In this document: positions 1 through 13,502 of the stretch, in pieces
Position numbering within the stretch: position 1 is the first letter of the stretch
Layout of the letters: every line of letters starts with the position of its first letter
Assembly (NCBI GenBank): GCA_963693365.1
Contig: CAVNZM010000004.1
Location: forward strand, 640,448 to 704,447
DNA: 64,000 nucleotides
Source of the DNA: Amoebidium appalachense
Taxonomy: Eukaryota; Protista; Ichthyosporea
Direction of reading: 5' to 3'
The notes under the pieces: model-generated
What the model saw: the letters and a program-made list of their open reading frames with translations, nothing else
Told to the model about the DNA's origin: nothing
Databases searched by the model: none
Made by a program: the position numbers and the translations under genes

Positions 1-60
1 CGGTAAGGTGGAAATCGAGATAAGCAGCAAGCAATACGACATGTGGGGGTGCACGTATAC

Positions 61-390
61 CGAGCAGTGCCCGTGTGGCCCATAGGCGGTGTGTGCGCCT
101 GTCTTCACTGTGCACTTTCGCATGCGCCTGCAGCAGTCTCTCGATGTCCTGCAAACAGCCAATCAGAACACAACAAAAAAAATATAAACCATATTCCCCT
201 CGCCTTTCACAATATCGTTGGACCCACGACAGAACCCCTTCTTCACACCCCCTCCCAAATCCCCAATCCCATACCCCCACACTCCTCTTCCCATCCTCTT
301 CCTCCTTCCCCACTCCACCCCCCAGCACACACACCGATCTTTTCTTTGATGTCCTCCTGCCTCGTGAAACCTGTCCCCCCCCCCCCCCCC

Positions 391-436
<46 letters not shown>

Positions 437-460
437 TGCATGCATGTGTGTTTGCGTGTG

Positions 461-500
<40 letters not shown>

Positions 501-562
501 TGTGTGTGTGCATAAGCGCGCATGCGTGCGTGAATGTGTGTTCAGTGTGTGTGTGCCCCTGT

Positions 563-598
<36 letters not shown>

Positions 599-1536
599 TA
601 TGTATTTATGTGCATGTGTGTCTGCCTATCTGTGTGTGTGTATGTATTTATGTGCATGTGTGTCTGCCTATCTGTGTGTGTGTGTGTGTATGTATTTATG
701 TGCATGTGTGTCTCCCTATCTGTGTGTATGTATGTATTTATGTGCATGTGTGTCTGCCTATCTGTGTGTGTGTGTGTATGTATGTATTTATGTGCATGTG
801 TGTCTGCCTATCTGTGTGTGTTTATGTATTTATGTGCATGTGTGTCTGCCTATCTGTGTGTGTGTGTGTGTGTATGTGTTTATGTGCATGTGTGTCTGCC
901 TATCTGTGTGTGTGTATGTATTTATGTGCATGTGTGTCTGCCTATCTGTGTGTGTGTGTGTGTATGTATTTATGTGCATGTGTGTCTGCCTATCTGTGTG
1001 TGTGTGTGTGTGTATGTATTTATGTGCATGTGTGTCTGCCTATCTGTGTGTGTGTGTGGTGTGCACGTGTGGCTGTGGCTGCACGTGGCGCACCTTGAGG
1101 CGCAGATAGAGCTCCTGCAGCACCTTTGCCCTCTCGGCCCTCTCCCGCCCCACCTTGATTGCAACCGCACGCCGACCCGCTGTGCCCACCAAATCAGAAC
1201 CCAGCACACATTACGTGCATGCACACCATCCCACGGTGTGTAAAAGCATTACTCCATCACAACAAAAAGAAGCACAGGTGAGTGCACAGGCACGATGTGT
1301 GTGTCTGTATGCATGCTGGACACGTGCAACAAACAATCAGCTTGCTCGTGCACAGGCATTTGCGTGCGAGAAAATGCGCGAGAAACCCTTCCTCCTCAGC
1401 CCCGACCGTCTCCCATCCAAATTTATCCAGAAAAGACCGTTCACACGCATGCAACTACTACAATCCACCCGCATCTCTGCCCAACACCCACACACATGCA
1501 CACACTCTCAACCGCCACCACACACGCACGCACACA

Positions 1537-1568
<32 letters not shown>

Positions 1569-1596
1569 TGCACGCACGCACGCACGCACGCACACA

Positions 1597-1680
<84 letters not shown>

Positions 1681-1740
1681 CGAATGCACGCACGAATGCA
1701 CGCACGAATGCACGCACGAATGCACGCACGCACGAATGCA

Positions 1741-1819
<79 letters not shown>

Positions 1820-2540
1820 CACACACACACACACACACCGTCGAAGTGCTTCTGGACCTCCTCTGCCAGGCGGTGGCGGTAGTATTCCTCGTGCAGGCGC
1901 TCCAGACGCCGCTGGCTGGCTAGCAGCTCCTCGTTGTGCTGCAGCCATCCAATCAGAACAGTGCATAGCACGCAACAGGTGACAACCAGCTAATCAGAAC
2001 AGAACGTGACGGGCAATCCGTGACAGCCAGCCAATCAAAAGGAGTATGACACCCGACACATGACAACCAAGCCATGAGAACAGAGCATGATACGTGACCC
2101 ATGACAGCCACCACCCAATCAGAACACAGCATCCCCCGCGGCGCATGACAACCAGCCCATAATCAACCAACTCCACGGCCCACAGCAGCAACACCCCAGC
2201 CTCCAAGGCACCCAAACCAATCATCCCCCACGCAGTGGCACACATGCATGACCCATAGCCAATCATGCACAGATGAATAACCCCTAGCCAATCATGCACA
2301 CATGAATAACCCTTGGCCAATCACGCACACATGCATGACCCTTAGCCAATCATGCACACATGCATGACCCCTAGCCAACCAGCACACACCTGTGCGCGCA
2401 GCAAAGCCCTCTCCTCGTCCATCCTCTCACTGGCCACCCTCTTCTCCTCTGCTACCACCCTGTCGGCCTCAGACCGCACAGCCTGCAGCTCACTGACCAG
2501 CCGCTCCTGGAAGTAGTGCTGCCACGTTAGTGTGTCTCAA

Positions 2541-2608
<68 letters not shown>

Positions 2609-2812
2609 ATAGTGCTGTGGCCACTAATACCTTGTGCATGGGGCGCAATCAGACAGAAGGGAAATGTGTGCTGTGTGGGTTTGAGCAGGCATGCACGTGG
2701 CTGTTGTTTGTGTATATGTGATTGTGTGTGCAAGGGGTATGGTCGTCTGCTGGTGGCTGTAATTGTGCGTGTACGTGTGCATGTGCGTGTGCGTGTGCGT
2801 GTGCATGTGCGC

Positions 2813-2870
<58 letters not shown>

Positions 2871-3643
2871 ATGTGTGTGTGTGCACGCACTTGCGTGCGT
2901 GCATGCATGTGTGCGTGCATGTGTGCGTGCGTGTGCGCTTGCATGTCCGAATGTGTTTACGTGTGTGGATGTGTGTGCAGAGGTCGGCAGACAGCCCAGT
3001 GTGCATACCTGACCACGTGGGTGCTAATGTGCGTCTGTGTCGTCAAGCATCCAGATGCATGCACAGAGATAAGAACGTGTGTGTTTGTGTTCGTGTGTGT
3101 GTATGTGTGTGGTGTGCGTGTGTGCTTGAAAGTGTGCGCGTGTGAGTGCACAGCAGGGGGTCACCCACAGCAAACTGCTTCTCCAGCTGGCTAGATGTGT
3201 TCTTTACTGCCTGGGCCACCCTCTCCTCCTGATACTGCAACTGCGAGTACAGCCGTGATATCTGCAGTGTGCGCACTGTGTCAGTTCATTTGCAATGGCA
3301 GGCACATGCACACGAGTAGCCCCTCCAAAGTGCATCAAACAGCAAGAACCAAAAAAAAAAGACAATTCCACACACACACCAAGCCTCCCAGGCAGGCGGA
3401 CGGGCATGAACATGCATACACAAGGCCCTGCTTCTCCGAGAACCACACACACGCAAACAGGACAAGCGCACACAGGCGCGCACACAGACACGCCACCCGC
3501 ACACACACACACTCGCGCGTGCAAAAACACACACACATACGCACGCGCACGCAATCGCGAGCACACACACCACTCCCACAGCACCCACCCACTCCCACCA
3601 GCACACACCCAACCCAACCCGCAAAATAATTCCCCCCCCCCCC

Positions 3644-3674
<31 letters not shown>

Positions 3675-4259
3675 ACACATGTGCGCACCTATGCGCACAC
3701 GCGCACATGCCCCCTCCCCCCCCCTCCCCCCCCCCCCTCCCCCCTTCCCCCCCCCCCACACCCCCCCCCCCCCCCCCCTCACGCCCCCCGCCGCCCACAC
3801 ACACACCTCATCCTTCAGCTGGCCAACCTCAGCCTCCCACCGCCTTGTATCTGGAACGTCGGTGGCCATTTCTGTCGTTGGTGCCTCGACTGCCCAAACC
3901 CAACCCCAATCAGCACCATGGAATTGTAAACCCATATGCTCACATCCAAGCACACATCAGAACTACGAAGTTCCCTCCGTTCCAAAATATCGGTCATCCC
4001 GAATCCATACGATGAAATCTTCCAACTCCATAAATTCTGTAAATGTGCTATGTCCACTTAAAATGCTTTTGTAGGGGCCCTCGTGAAAAAAAAAAACAAA
4101 GTCTATGCTAAGCGGGGGGGGGGGGGATTCTATGTTTTGCATGTGTATGGATTGTTTCATTGCTGGATGGACTGCACCCCACCTGTTTCTTCGAGAGATT
4201 CCGCCGTAGCTGGTGGTGTGGCTGAATCCCGCTCTGCATGCTCGTGTGTTTCTGCCTGT

Positions 4260-4298
<39 letters not shown>

Positions 4299-4438
4299 TG
4301 TGCGTACGTGTATATATGTGTGTGGGTGTGTGTGTGAGTGCATGAATGTGCATGTGTGCGAGTGTGTGTGTGTGTGTGGGTGGGTGGGTGGGTGGGTGGG
4401 TGGGTGGGTGGGTGGGTGGGTGGGTGGGGGAGGGAGGT

Positions 4439-4478
<40 letters not shown>

Positions 4479-5351
4479 GCATGCATGCGTGTACGGGTGT
4501 GTTCAGTGCAAGTTTGTGCGTGTGTGGGTGTGGGTGTGGGTGTCTGAATGGAAAATTATGTTGTGATTAGTGTCAGTGTGTGCAAGTGTGTATGGAGGCA
4601 CATGTGCGTAGTCGTGAGCACTGAGTGTAAAACACAAATCATGCATACCTCTCTTGGTGAGTGTGTGCATGTAAGTCTAGAGGAGAGTTGGGTATCCACT
4701 GTTCCGTATGCCTAGGTGTTCATGGCGGGTGTGCCCCGAGTTGTAGACACGCGGGCAGATGCATGCATGCTCGTGCGCATGAACATAAGAGAGCATAGAG
4801 CATATGGAGATTTGGAGTGTGCCCCTGAGCAACGCATTCTAGCGCGTGTTAGTGAGTGAGTGCATGTGTTTTGGCTGTGTGACTGCAGTGGTGTCGGTAT
4901 CGAATTTGCCCTTCATCTCTGATGCAATTTGCACAGAACCTGCACCAACCATGATACATGCATGTCTTTGCCTGCACCACACAAAGAAGAGTGCCAAGCC
5001 CGACTCAGGGCAACCCCTTCCACATACAACCACAACCATTTCAACTACTGTCGACATTGTCACTCTATAGCAAGCCCAGGCCCAGGCTTATACGTTACCT
5101 GCCACACCCCCACCGCTCACCGTCTTATCCTTACATTCACCTGCCCAATCTTGACACCCCCCCCCCCCACCCCCCCTCCCTCCGTCCCTTCCTCCCTCCC
5201 CCCCCCCCCCCCCTCCCCCCAACCACCACCACCACCACCCTGGTCCACACACACGCACACACACACACACACACACACAGACACTCATGCACACACACAA
5301 ACACGACCAGCACCACCAACACCAACCATCGCACGAGCTATTCAACTAACC

Positions 5352-5390
<39 letters not shown>

Positions 5391-6741
5391 CTGTGTGTCT
5401 GCCGGGGCTGCCTCCTGCTCCGTGTGCTCAGCCTGTGCCTGCACCTCACCCTCGGGGGGTGACACGGGGGGGACCTCAATCGCTGCCTCCGATGGCACGT
5501 GGGGGGTCTCAATAACCATCTCTGATAGCGTAGAGGGGGTCTCAACACCCACATCTGCTGCCCCCTCAATCTCGTGTGGGGGTCCCACGGGTGCGGGCTC
5601 AGCCTCTGTGTGTGCCTGCTCCTCGTGTGTGTGTGTGTCTGTGGTGGGCTGGGGGGCCATCTCTTCCTCCGTCTTCGCATCGTTACGCACACCCACCCCC
5701 TCCCCCTCTACGTGTGGTGCCTCCTGCACAACCTCCGTCTCCCCCTCAAGCTTATGCGCCACCGTATCCTCTACATGACTCACAATCTCTCGCTCAATTG
5801 TCTCTTCCACGTGCTTCACCACCTCTTCCAACTGTTCTTTAACCTCCTCGATCTTGTGCGCCTGTTCCTTCATTTCTTTAAGGTCCTCGGCAGCAAACAC
5901 AGCCGCCGCCGCCTCCGAAGCCACTGCCATAGCCGTTGCCATGGCAACCGTTTCCATCACGCCCTCCTCTACTGCCGCAACAACAGGTATTTGCTCCTCC
6001 GCCGCTACCGGCTCACTTTTTTCCTGCTGGATTTCTGGCTCTGGTGTTTGCACGGGGGCAGGGGTGTGTTCGGATTGCTGGGCCGGGGGTGTGTGTGATT
6101 CCTCTTCATCGTCATCTACATCCTCCTCATCCACGTGGGGGGTAGGGGGAGAATAGTCCACACGCATTTTACCCTCCTCCGCCTGCACCTCCACCTGTAC
6201 GGGTGCTACAGGCGTGCTGTCACTCGCACCGACTGCTTGAACATTGTCGGCAGGGGCATCTGAAGGTGGAGTCTCGATGGCTGGTGTGGGTTCGGTGGGT
6301 GTGGGCTCGACGGGGGGTGTTTCTGTCTCTACCGGTGTGGGCGATATGAGGGGAATAGGGGTCGAAGGTGAAACATCTTCCTTTGGCGGTGCTTTGGGTG
6401 CTGGGGGTTTTGGCCGGGGGGCGGGTCCGATGAAGAAGTCGCATAGTTCCTTTGCACCGGGGGCGTACTTCTCAAAGTTGGAGCGGAAGGCTGTGTCCTG
6501 CTGTGCATAGACCACCCCTGCACTGTAGCCAAACAGCCCAGCCGCTACCGTGCCCTTGATGGCTGCACCCACGGGGAAACCACCCTTGGCCGTGGAGGGC
6601 CCAGCAGGGGGTGGGGGGGGTGCACCCGCACTTGTGGGCTTAGTTGGGGGGGGTGGGGGTGCACCTCCACTTGGGGCCTTGGGAGGCGCCGTGGATGCGG
6701 GTGTGCTCAGCGAACGGGCAGAAACCCTGTGTGTGTGTGTT

Positions 6742-6775
<34 letters not shown>

Positions 6776-7397
6776 GGGGGGAGGGGGGGGGGGGGGGGGG
6801 GGGGGTGAGTATGATATACACTGATTCGTGGTGCATTTGTGGTTCCTGGGTGGCAACGGAATCAAGAGACAGCCATTCAGAATGACTTTTTGAATAATAT
6901 ACAAATAAACCATGTGGCAGTTATTCCCCCCTTGAATAAAGATGGAAGGTGGCCTGGTGGGGCAAAGACGGGGGGAGGGGGGAGGGGGGCGGGGGGTGCG
7001 CTCCAAATACCTACAGGACGTATATGTATTTGTAGAGAGAGTTCGGAATATGGGACAGGGAGTTCATAGAATGGTGAAAGAAAGTGTTATATATGTGAAA
7101 AGAGCGGGGAAGAGGGGGAGGGGGGGGGAGGGGGGGGGATCAATGAATGGTGTAGATTTCAAGTTCACAACCAAAACATTGATTTACAAGGTGCAAGCTA
7201 AAAGGGTGTGTACACGTGTCGATTGATAGTCATCTGCTTAAACATACCTACATACAACATAAGTTTTCTTTCTTCGTGTGTGTGTGTGTGTCAGTGCGCG
7301 GAGGTGGGCGTGACTACAGTCGTGGTGTTTCAATCCTGTCTCGTTAGCCATAGTGTGTAAACATCGTGTGTGCGCGCGCAGGTGTGTGTGTGTGCGC

Positions 7398-7433
<36 letters not shown>

Positions 7434-7597
7434 GCGTGTGTGCCTGTGCATGCGTGGGTGGGTGTGTGTATGTATGTACGTGTGTGCACGTGTGTGTACG
7501 TGTCTGTGTGAGAGTGTACGTGTTTGTGCATTGTGTGTGCGTGTGTGTGTGTTTGTGTGTGTGCGCGCGCACATTTGTGTGCGTTTATGTCTCTGTG

Positions 7598-7628
<31 letters not shown>

Positions 7629-7954
7629 GTGCGTGTGCGTGTGCGTGTGTGTGTATGTGCGTGTGTGTGTGTTGCGGGCAAAGGCGTTCAACATGGGACT
7701 TGGTGAAGTGAAGTGGCGGGGAAGGGGGGGGGGGGGGGGGGGGGGGGGGACATGGGTCTGTTGTTCCAGTGTATGCAAGCCACGGGTTTGTGGGCAAACG
7801 CCGTGTGTACATGTGCACGCGTTTACCCGTGAGTGTGTGTATGCCTCTGTGTCTGTGTGGGGATGGACTTGTGGGTGGGTGTGGTTGTGAGGACGTGTGT
7901 GTGTGTATGTGTATGTGTGTGTGTTTGTGTGTGTGTGTGTGTGCACGTGGGTGT

Positions 7955-8013
<59 letters not shown>

Positions 8014-8225
8014 CGCGTGCGCGCGCACGCGTGCGCGTGCGTGCGTCTGTGACGTACACGTCCATTAGGGGTGTGGCCTGAGCCTGTGTACGTGTGTATC
8101 TATTGTGTGCACAAGTTGTGCCTGTTTTTCTGTGCTGTATTTGTGTCCTTGTTGTGTGTGTGTGCACGTGTGCGCGCGCGCTTGCAGATATTTGTGTCTG
8201 TGATTGTGTGCATCTGAGCACATAT

Positions 8226-8263
<38 letters not shown>

Positions 8264-8994
8264 AGTACATGCAAAGCGTGCGTCTGAGCACGTGTGTGTG
8301 TGTGTGTGTGTGCTACTGAGTACATGCAAACGTTCTTTGTGTCTGCACGCACATATAGGTGGCATGTGAACAACAGCAGCACGCTTGTATCGAAAATTCG
8401 TCTCACCTGCCAGAGCTTGTGGCTGCCTCAGAGCCGGCCCGCTCCACCTACACCCAAAACTAGTGTTAATGCAGAAACCAGACGAGCCCTCCCACCTTAC
8501 CGTCCTCAACCTCTCCCGATTGTCCTCTTCCCTCCCCCAATCACCCCTGAGTCTCTCCTCTCTCTCTCTCTGTCACTCCTTCCCTCTTTCCTTCCCCCCC
8601 TCACTCCCGTCCTCCCCCCTTCCATCTCTCCCTCACTCCCTCCCTCCCTCCCTTCCTCCCTCCCTCCGTCCCTCCGTCCCTCCCTCCCTCCGTCCCTCCC
8701 TCCCTCCCTCCCTCCCTCTCTCTCCTCCCTCCTCTCTCTCTCTCCCTCCCTCCGCGCGGCTTATCTTATCAAACTCCGCAAGCCCTATATACATAAGTCA
8801 ACCCGTTCCTTCGTGCACTAATCAACACTCACAGGGCCCTGTAAGCAGCCTTCACAGGGGCCTGCCCACCGGCCACCAAGAAGTGGTGATGCACGGAGAC
8901 AGAAAGGAGGAGGAGGGGCACAGGCACAGACCTTGGTCAGCCGAGGCAGCACCGTGGCCCGCCTGTTGGGCACGCGAGACGCGGCGCGCAGCAT
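61..8994 (-). CDS. MIC60: MICOS complex subunit Mic60/mitofilin, multi-exon; 3' end continues beyond the window start
   Basis: Phase-consistent GT-AG exons: 8994-8932, 8861-8833, 8510-8501, 8447-8407, 6726-5391, 4255-4183, 3850-3807, 3261-3169, 2506-2390, 1938-1839, 1179-1094, 148-61. The product has an Arg-rich presequence ([21 protein letters not shown]) and a TM segment followed by the mitofilin-type motif ([34 protein letters not shown]). An acidic linker and a coiled coil follow (ERLVSELQ...[23 protein letters not shown]...[10 protein letters not shown]). The two smallest exons are less certain. Confidence 0.85.
595..1050. repeat. Intronic minisatellite, about 10-11 copies of ~42-46 bp (TATGTATTTATGTGCATGTGTGTCTGCCTATC + (TG)n)
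   Basis: The tandem unit is directly visible, with a variable-length TG tail. Confidence 0.9.
1520..1838. repeat. Compound (GCAC)n/(CA)n microsatellite abutting a Mic60 splice donor
   Basis: Directly visible in the sequence. Confidence 0.9.
2235..2385. repeat. Degenerate ~29-bp tandem repeat (CATGCACACATGCATGACCCCTAGCCAAT), about 5 copies
   Basis: Directly visible in a Mic60 intron. Confidence 0.75.
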
Positions 8995-10428
8995 TGTGGA
9001 AGGGCAGGCCGGAGGGAGGGAGAGAGGTCCGGCACAGATGAACGAACAAAGACCGGACAACGGACCTCAAGCACTTTTGGGCACGGCAGCTGCCGCCACG
9101 CGCCACACCCGGGAATTCTCAAGCTGCCGCCCGATGATTGGCGAGCAAGGCAAACTTATACCATATATGGCGATTTTATAGCGCTAACGACTGGTGGACC
9201 CTTTACGCTGCCGGTTGCCGGCCTCTGAGGCAGTGCTGACTTGAGTCGGGGACATCGACTCGAGGCCACCGTCGACGTCGCATGTGATCAGGACAGCAAC
9301 GAACCCAAGAGAGCGTAATAATTGCAACTCCCACGGTAGTGTTTCTAATCAAAAGCAATCAGAGACCACCCGCCTCTCCCCTCCTCCCCCTATGCCCCCT
9401 TCCTTCCCCGCGCCCTCACCCGCGCCCTTAGCCCTTCCCCTTCCTAGCTCCCTCCCTCTCCTCATCTTCCGCAACTCCTTCTACTCCCTCTCTATTCCCT
9501 CCGTTCCGCTCCCCGCTATCTTCTGTATAACCTACATGCTCCTTTCCTCTCCAAGTCCTTTTGTTCCCCCAATTTACCCGCTTTTGCTTTATTTGCAACT
9601 TCGTCGTCAGCAACACATTCACGTACATGCATGGGACCATTTTGTTGCAGCTTCTGAAAAGCTGACGGTTGTACACCCTTTTTGGACAGAGAAAAGGTTG
9701 AGCCAGAGTAAACCACAAACTCATGCGCGTAAAAGCATTTTGAATACGCCAGGCTGCTGGGTAGCGCTGAGAGGGGCGGCGGGGGGGGGGGGGGGGGAGG
9801 GGGTGAGCTATGATGCGGACAAAACGCAGGAGTAGGGCCTGGCGGGGGGCTGAACTTTTCTGATGCCTATTGCAGAGCAAAAATGTCAAAGCGAAAGGTA
9901 CATAGACAAAACGAGCTAAGGGTCCCGGTTGGGTGACATATGGGAGGAGAGAAGAGAGCAGGGAGCCAGCGAGGAGCGGGGGGGAGGATCTTTGGTTGTT
10001 TGGTGTGGAGAATGGGTGGTAGGAGCGCCGGAGATAGCGGTTACGGTCTGAGTATAGCGGAAAGGGGAGATTATATGGCCATGGCTTATTCCAGTTGAGT
10101 GAAACCGGGATTCAAACATCACTATCATTTAGTGGATAATGTGACTTCATCTGCTCTGGGATATACGTCAGATCTGCACATGATCTATTTGGTGCATACT
10201 ACGCTGGCCACTCAACCACATAACCATCCATGTGAAACGTGCTGCAAAACTCTTTTCTTTCACCGAGTGCATGGATTGCCAAGTCTTGTGTGGCAATAGT
10301 TTCCTTTTTCTAGTACCAAAAATGGGGTCCGCAACAAAACACTTACAATACAGATCCTACGGTGTGCCTGGACAAAGAATCGGGTGTGCCGAATGTTGGT
10401 GAGCCCATGCAGATGTAATCTAATATGA

Positions 10429-11394
10429 TCATAGGCCTGCAGTGTGAACCTGGCTTATCAGCCGACCCACGAGCTCCTTCTTTCCGTGTGTGGCTGCGTA
10501 TCCTATGTGAAGTCGGTCGAGCTCCTTTCTGAGGTCCTGCAGTGACATAGACATATACTCGCTGGCCTTGTCAACATCCCCCTCTGCACCAGCCTCATAC
10601 TTAGCCGATGGAAGGGTTTGCTTAGCAGCAAGGCCCGAACTTGTCCTGGATGTGGCCAAGGGGGATGCTGGGGGTGTGGCGGTGGACCCAGCACGCGCCC
10701 TCTGGGCAAGGGCGGTGGTGCCTGTGGACCCTGCACGTGCGCGCCCCACAGGGGAATTGTCGCTGCTGTTGCTAGACGACCGGGGCCGCGACAGGTCGGG
10801 GCTGCCGGGTGATGGCGGCCTGTTGGCTACGTCGCTGCTTGACAAACGGTGCTGCATTTCGCTGCTGGAGAGCCGTGTGCAATCTTCTCCATGAGCACTG
10901 TGGACCGGCGTTTGGGCTTCTAGGGGGAGTGTGGGGCTGGGGGGGGTTTGTGCCTCCGCTAGTGCTGCTTTTGCTGCTGCCGCCTCCTGCTTCAACTTGC
11001 GCTCAGTTGCTTCTTTCTCGTTGCGTGCTGTGGAAATGGCCGTGCTGACCGCAAGGTCGAACCTGTTCATGTCGGTGGTGGACTTGAACGCAAACACTAG
11101 GGGGTCAGACACAAGGGTGGGTGTAAACGAGCAGCTTTTGTCGGCTGTTTTCAAAGTGCACGAAGAGTCATATCGCACCGCTGCTTCCCACAAAACGTTG
11201 TACTTCTTCTCGTGTATTATAGTGACGTAGGTAGAATGTCGGTGGGCATCGTCAAACACAACCACTACTCCTTTCTTCGCTTTATCCCCGTCAACCTTCC
11301 CTTTGCCCTCGAAGATGAGCATGATCTTGTTGCCTGTTTTGGATGCAGGGTCTAGCAGCGCCTTGCGCACACACGTATGCTCTGTGCTGGCCAT
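10429..11394 (-). CDS. Intronless 321-aa protein: divergent WH1/EVH1 (PH-fold)-like N-terminal domain, Ser/Pro/Arg-rich linker, C-terminal SAP/HeH-like helix pair
   Basis: Clean, non-repetitive ORF. GVVVVFDDAHRHSTYVTIIHEKKYNVLWEAAV...LVFAFKSTTDMNRFDLAV follows the WASP-WH1 pattern (G-x-x-x-KD...SY..., LWE, F-x-x-x-x-E/D-x-x-x-F). The C-terminal MSLQDLRKELDRLHIGYAATHGKKELVGRL resembles SAP/HeH. Both domain calls are by eye. Confidence 0.7.
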   Translation of the reverse strand: MASTEHTCVRKALLDPASKTGNKIMLIFEGKGKVDGDKAKKGVVVVFDDAHRHSTYVTIIHEKKYNVLWEAAVRYDSSCTLKTADKSCSFTPTLVSDPLVFAFKSTTDMNRFDLAVSTAISTARNEKEATERKLKQEAAAAKAALAEAQTPPSPTLPLEAQTPVHSAHGEDCTRLSSSEMQHRLSSSDVANRPPSPGSPDLSRPRSSSNSSDNSPVGRARAGSTGTTALAQRARAGSTATPPASPLATSRTSSGLAAKQTLPSAKYEAGAEGDVDKASEYMSMSLQDLRKELDRLHIGYAATHGKKELVGRLISQVHTAGL

Positions 11395-12125
11395 TTTTGC
11401 GAAACTTTCAATATCTCAAGCAGACAGCTTACCATAGAAAACATATGTTGCTCCTCTTGACACGATTCAATCGAAAAGTCAAGGTCATCGCCGTCAAAGT
11501 TAGCGTGCAGCTCTGCTGCTTCGCTGCTTGAAAGAGAGCGAGAGCTTGAAAAGTTGAAAGCAGGCGCACCAGCTCAGGAATTTCTTACTATCGATTTAGA
11601 CCAATCGTTGTACCTGAGCAATCAAACATCGTTTTCATTAGCTATATATAGTTTATCGTGCTTAGATCTGGCGGTGCGACCTCATCCAATCATCCGTGGC
11701 TAGGTTCGTTATTGCTACGTCATCGGTATGATCATGCCTGCCAGGCACCAGGCTCGGCAATGCATGAGTCGGCATGTACAGACGGCAGTCACAACGAATG
11801 CATTGTACTACTCACATATTTCCTCTAACCTTTCAAAAACCCATAGGAAGTCCATATTGTTGTTGATTTTTGTGCATAATACCTAGATAAACTATAATTA
11901 TCGAAGTTTTTATGGCTCTAGGGGTGTCGCTGTTTCCTAGTCCGTAAGCCCACAGCAATAATTTTTCATAGGACAAACATTGATCTTGAGGTGTACACAA
12001 AAGACTAGTTTAGATCTTGGGATTGGCATTTATGTTTTCCGCACCAGAATTGCAATAGCCAATCTATCCAATCGCATGCAATCTGCGATTCTGAATCTGC
12101 TCAGTACAACTTGCCAAGCAAGTAG

Positions 12126-12182
12126 GGCCTGGCCCACGACCATCTAGAAACACGGTGTTTCTAGATGGCCGTAGGCCCGGCC
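12126..12182. repeat. 57-bp palindrome: 14-bp perfect core CCATCTAGAAACAC-G-GTGTTTCTAGATGG, arms extending to 28 bp with 3 mismatches
   Basis: Read directly. It lies in the divergent intergenic region between the WH1-like gene and CLK. Confidence 0.85.
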
Positions 12183-13051
12183 GAAGCTCAAGAAGAAAAG
12201 GAAGGAAAGGCGAGGTCCGGGGTGCCAAAAGTTTGATATATGTTTTGCCAGGAAATAGAGACAGGGAGAGAGAGATGATTCAAAGGAGAGGGCTTTGATA
12301 GGAGCTTGTGGTGAGAGTGCATAAGCAGTCAAGCGCGGCTTTCGGCTGCATTCCCATATCCCAGGTAGGAAGTTGTCTGCTTCTGGCTCCTTGGTCCCCT
12401 GCTCATTTTGTGCCTGTTTTCCGTGCGTAATCGAAGCATTATTAGCCTGCGGAATGAATGTAAGTCCTCGTTCTTGTACCTTTTTTTTCTCTACCACGTG
12501 ATTCACGGAAGACTACAAGGGTTTCGTCTGCCTATGTGGCAGTTCCGGCTCGGTGCAGGCATTATTCGTGAATACACACCAACATGGGTCACCCAAAAAG
12601 ATCATACTGCGAGCCACAATACAAGTCTACTGTATATATCTCTCTGCTTGTCTGCTGCTTTATATGGAGTTTTTGGGCGTTAATCCCCTTTCTGTGTTAG
12701 CTGCGCAAACGGCGATCACATGCAACATTTTTCGCCCACACACTTTTTGTGCTCGCTCTCTTTTAGTTACAATTTCAGATACAGAGACGTCACGCACAAC
12801 TGCAACCTGCACACACACAGGCACAGGCACAGGGACTCACAGGCCCGCCCTTCTAAACACGCCAGCACGCACAATTCCGGTACCGGCTTGCACACACACG
12901 CAGGAGCGCACAAGTAAGTGGCCCTGTAAGCATCGGCCGAACAATAATAAATAGCAGCACACACCATAGGGAGACATATGTATGCCTGTGCAAGCACACA
13001 CACTCACACGCTCCCTGTGCAGCCAAGCAGGCCAGGCGTGGCTTCAGGGCG

Positions 13052-13469
13052 ATGATGGCCTACTATGCGGCGCCCCAGGAGGCCCACTACTGGGCCGACC
13101 ACACAGCCAGCAGCCAGCACACACAGTGGCCTGCAGCTGAGCCCTGGGCAAGACCCACACACCAGCACACAGCACGCCGCCACCACCCTTACAACCAGCC
13201 GGTGAGTGAGCAGTGTGCACGGCTCTGTCGGTGGATGAGTGTTGGCACAAAGATGGAGGGGTTGGTATTTGAGGAGGGAATATTGCAGGTCCTAGCAGTA
13301 AGAGACCACGTTATAGAAAGTGGAGAATAAGGTGAGAAGAAGGCAGAAAGACGTGCCTTTCTTGTGTGCAGAGAGAGGGGAAAGGGGGGGGGGGGGGGGG
13401 GGGGAGCTACTACAACATCGCTTGTGCGCTTTTTTCTCCCTTCCTGCTCTCTGTCTTTCTGTCGTCTAC

Positions 13470-13502
<33 letters not shown>

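Noticed and set aside
43-2000. Long Cys/Val- or His/Thr-rich ORFs (e.g. 43-1098, 351 aa) and the many similar ORFs across the window
   Set aside because: They are translations of (GT)n/(CA)n/poly-G microsatellites, which lack stop codons. They lie in introns or intergenic DNA.
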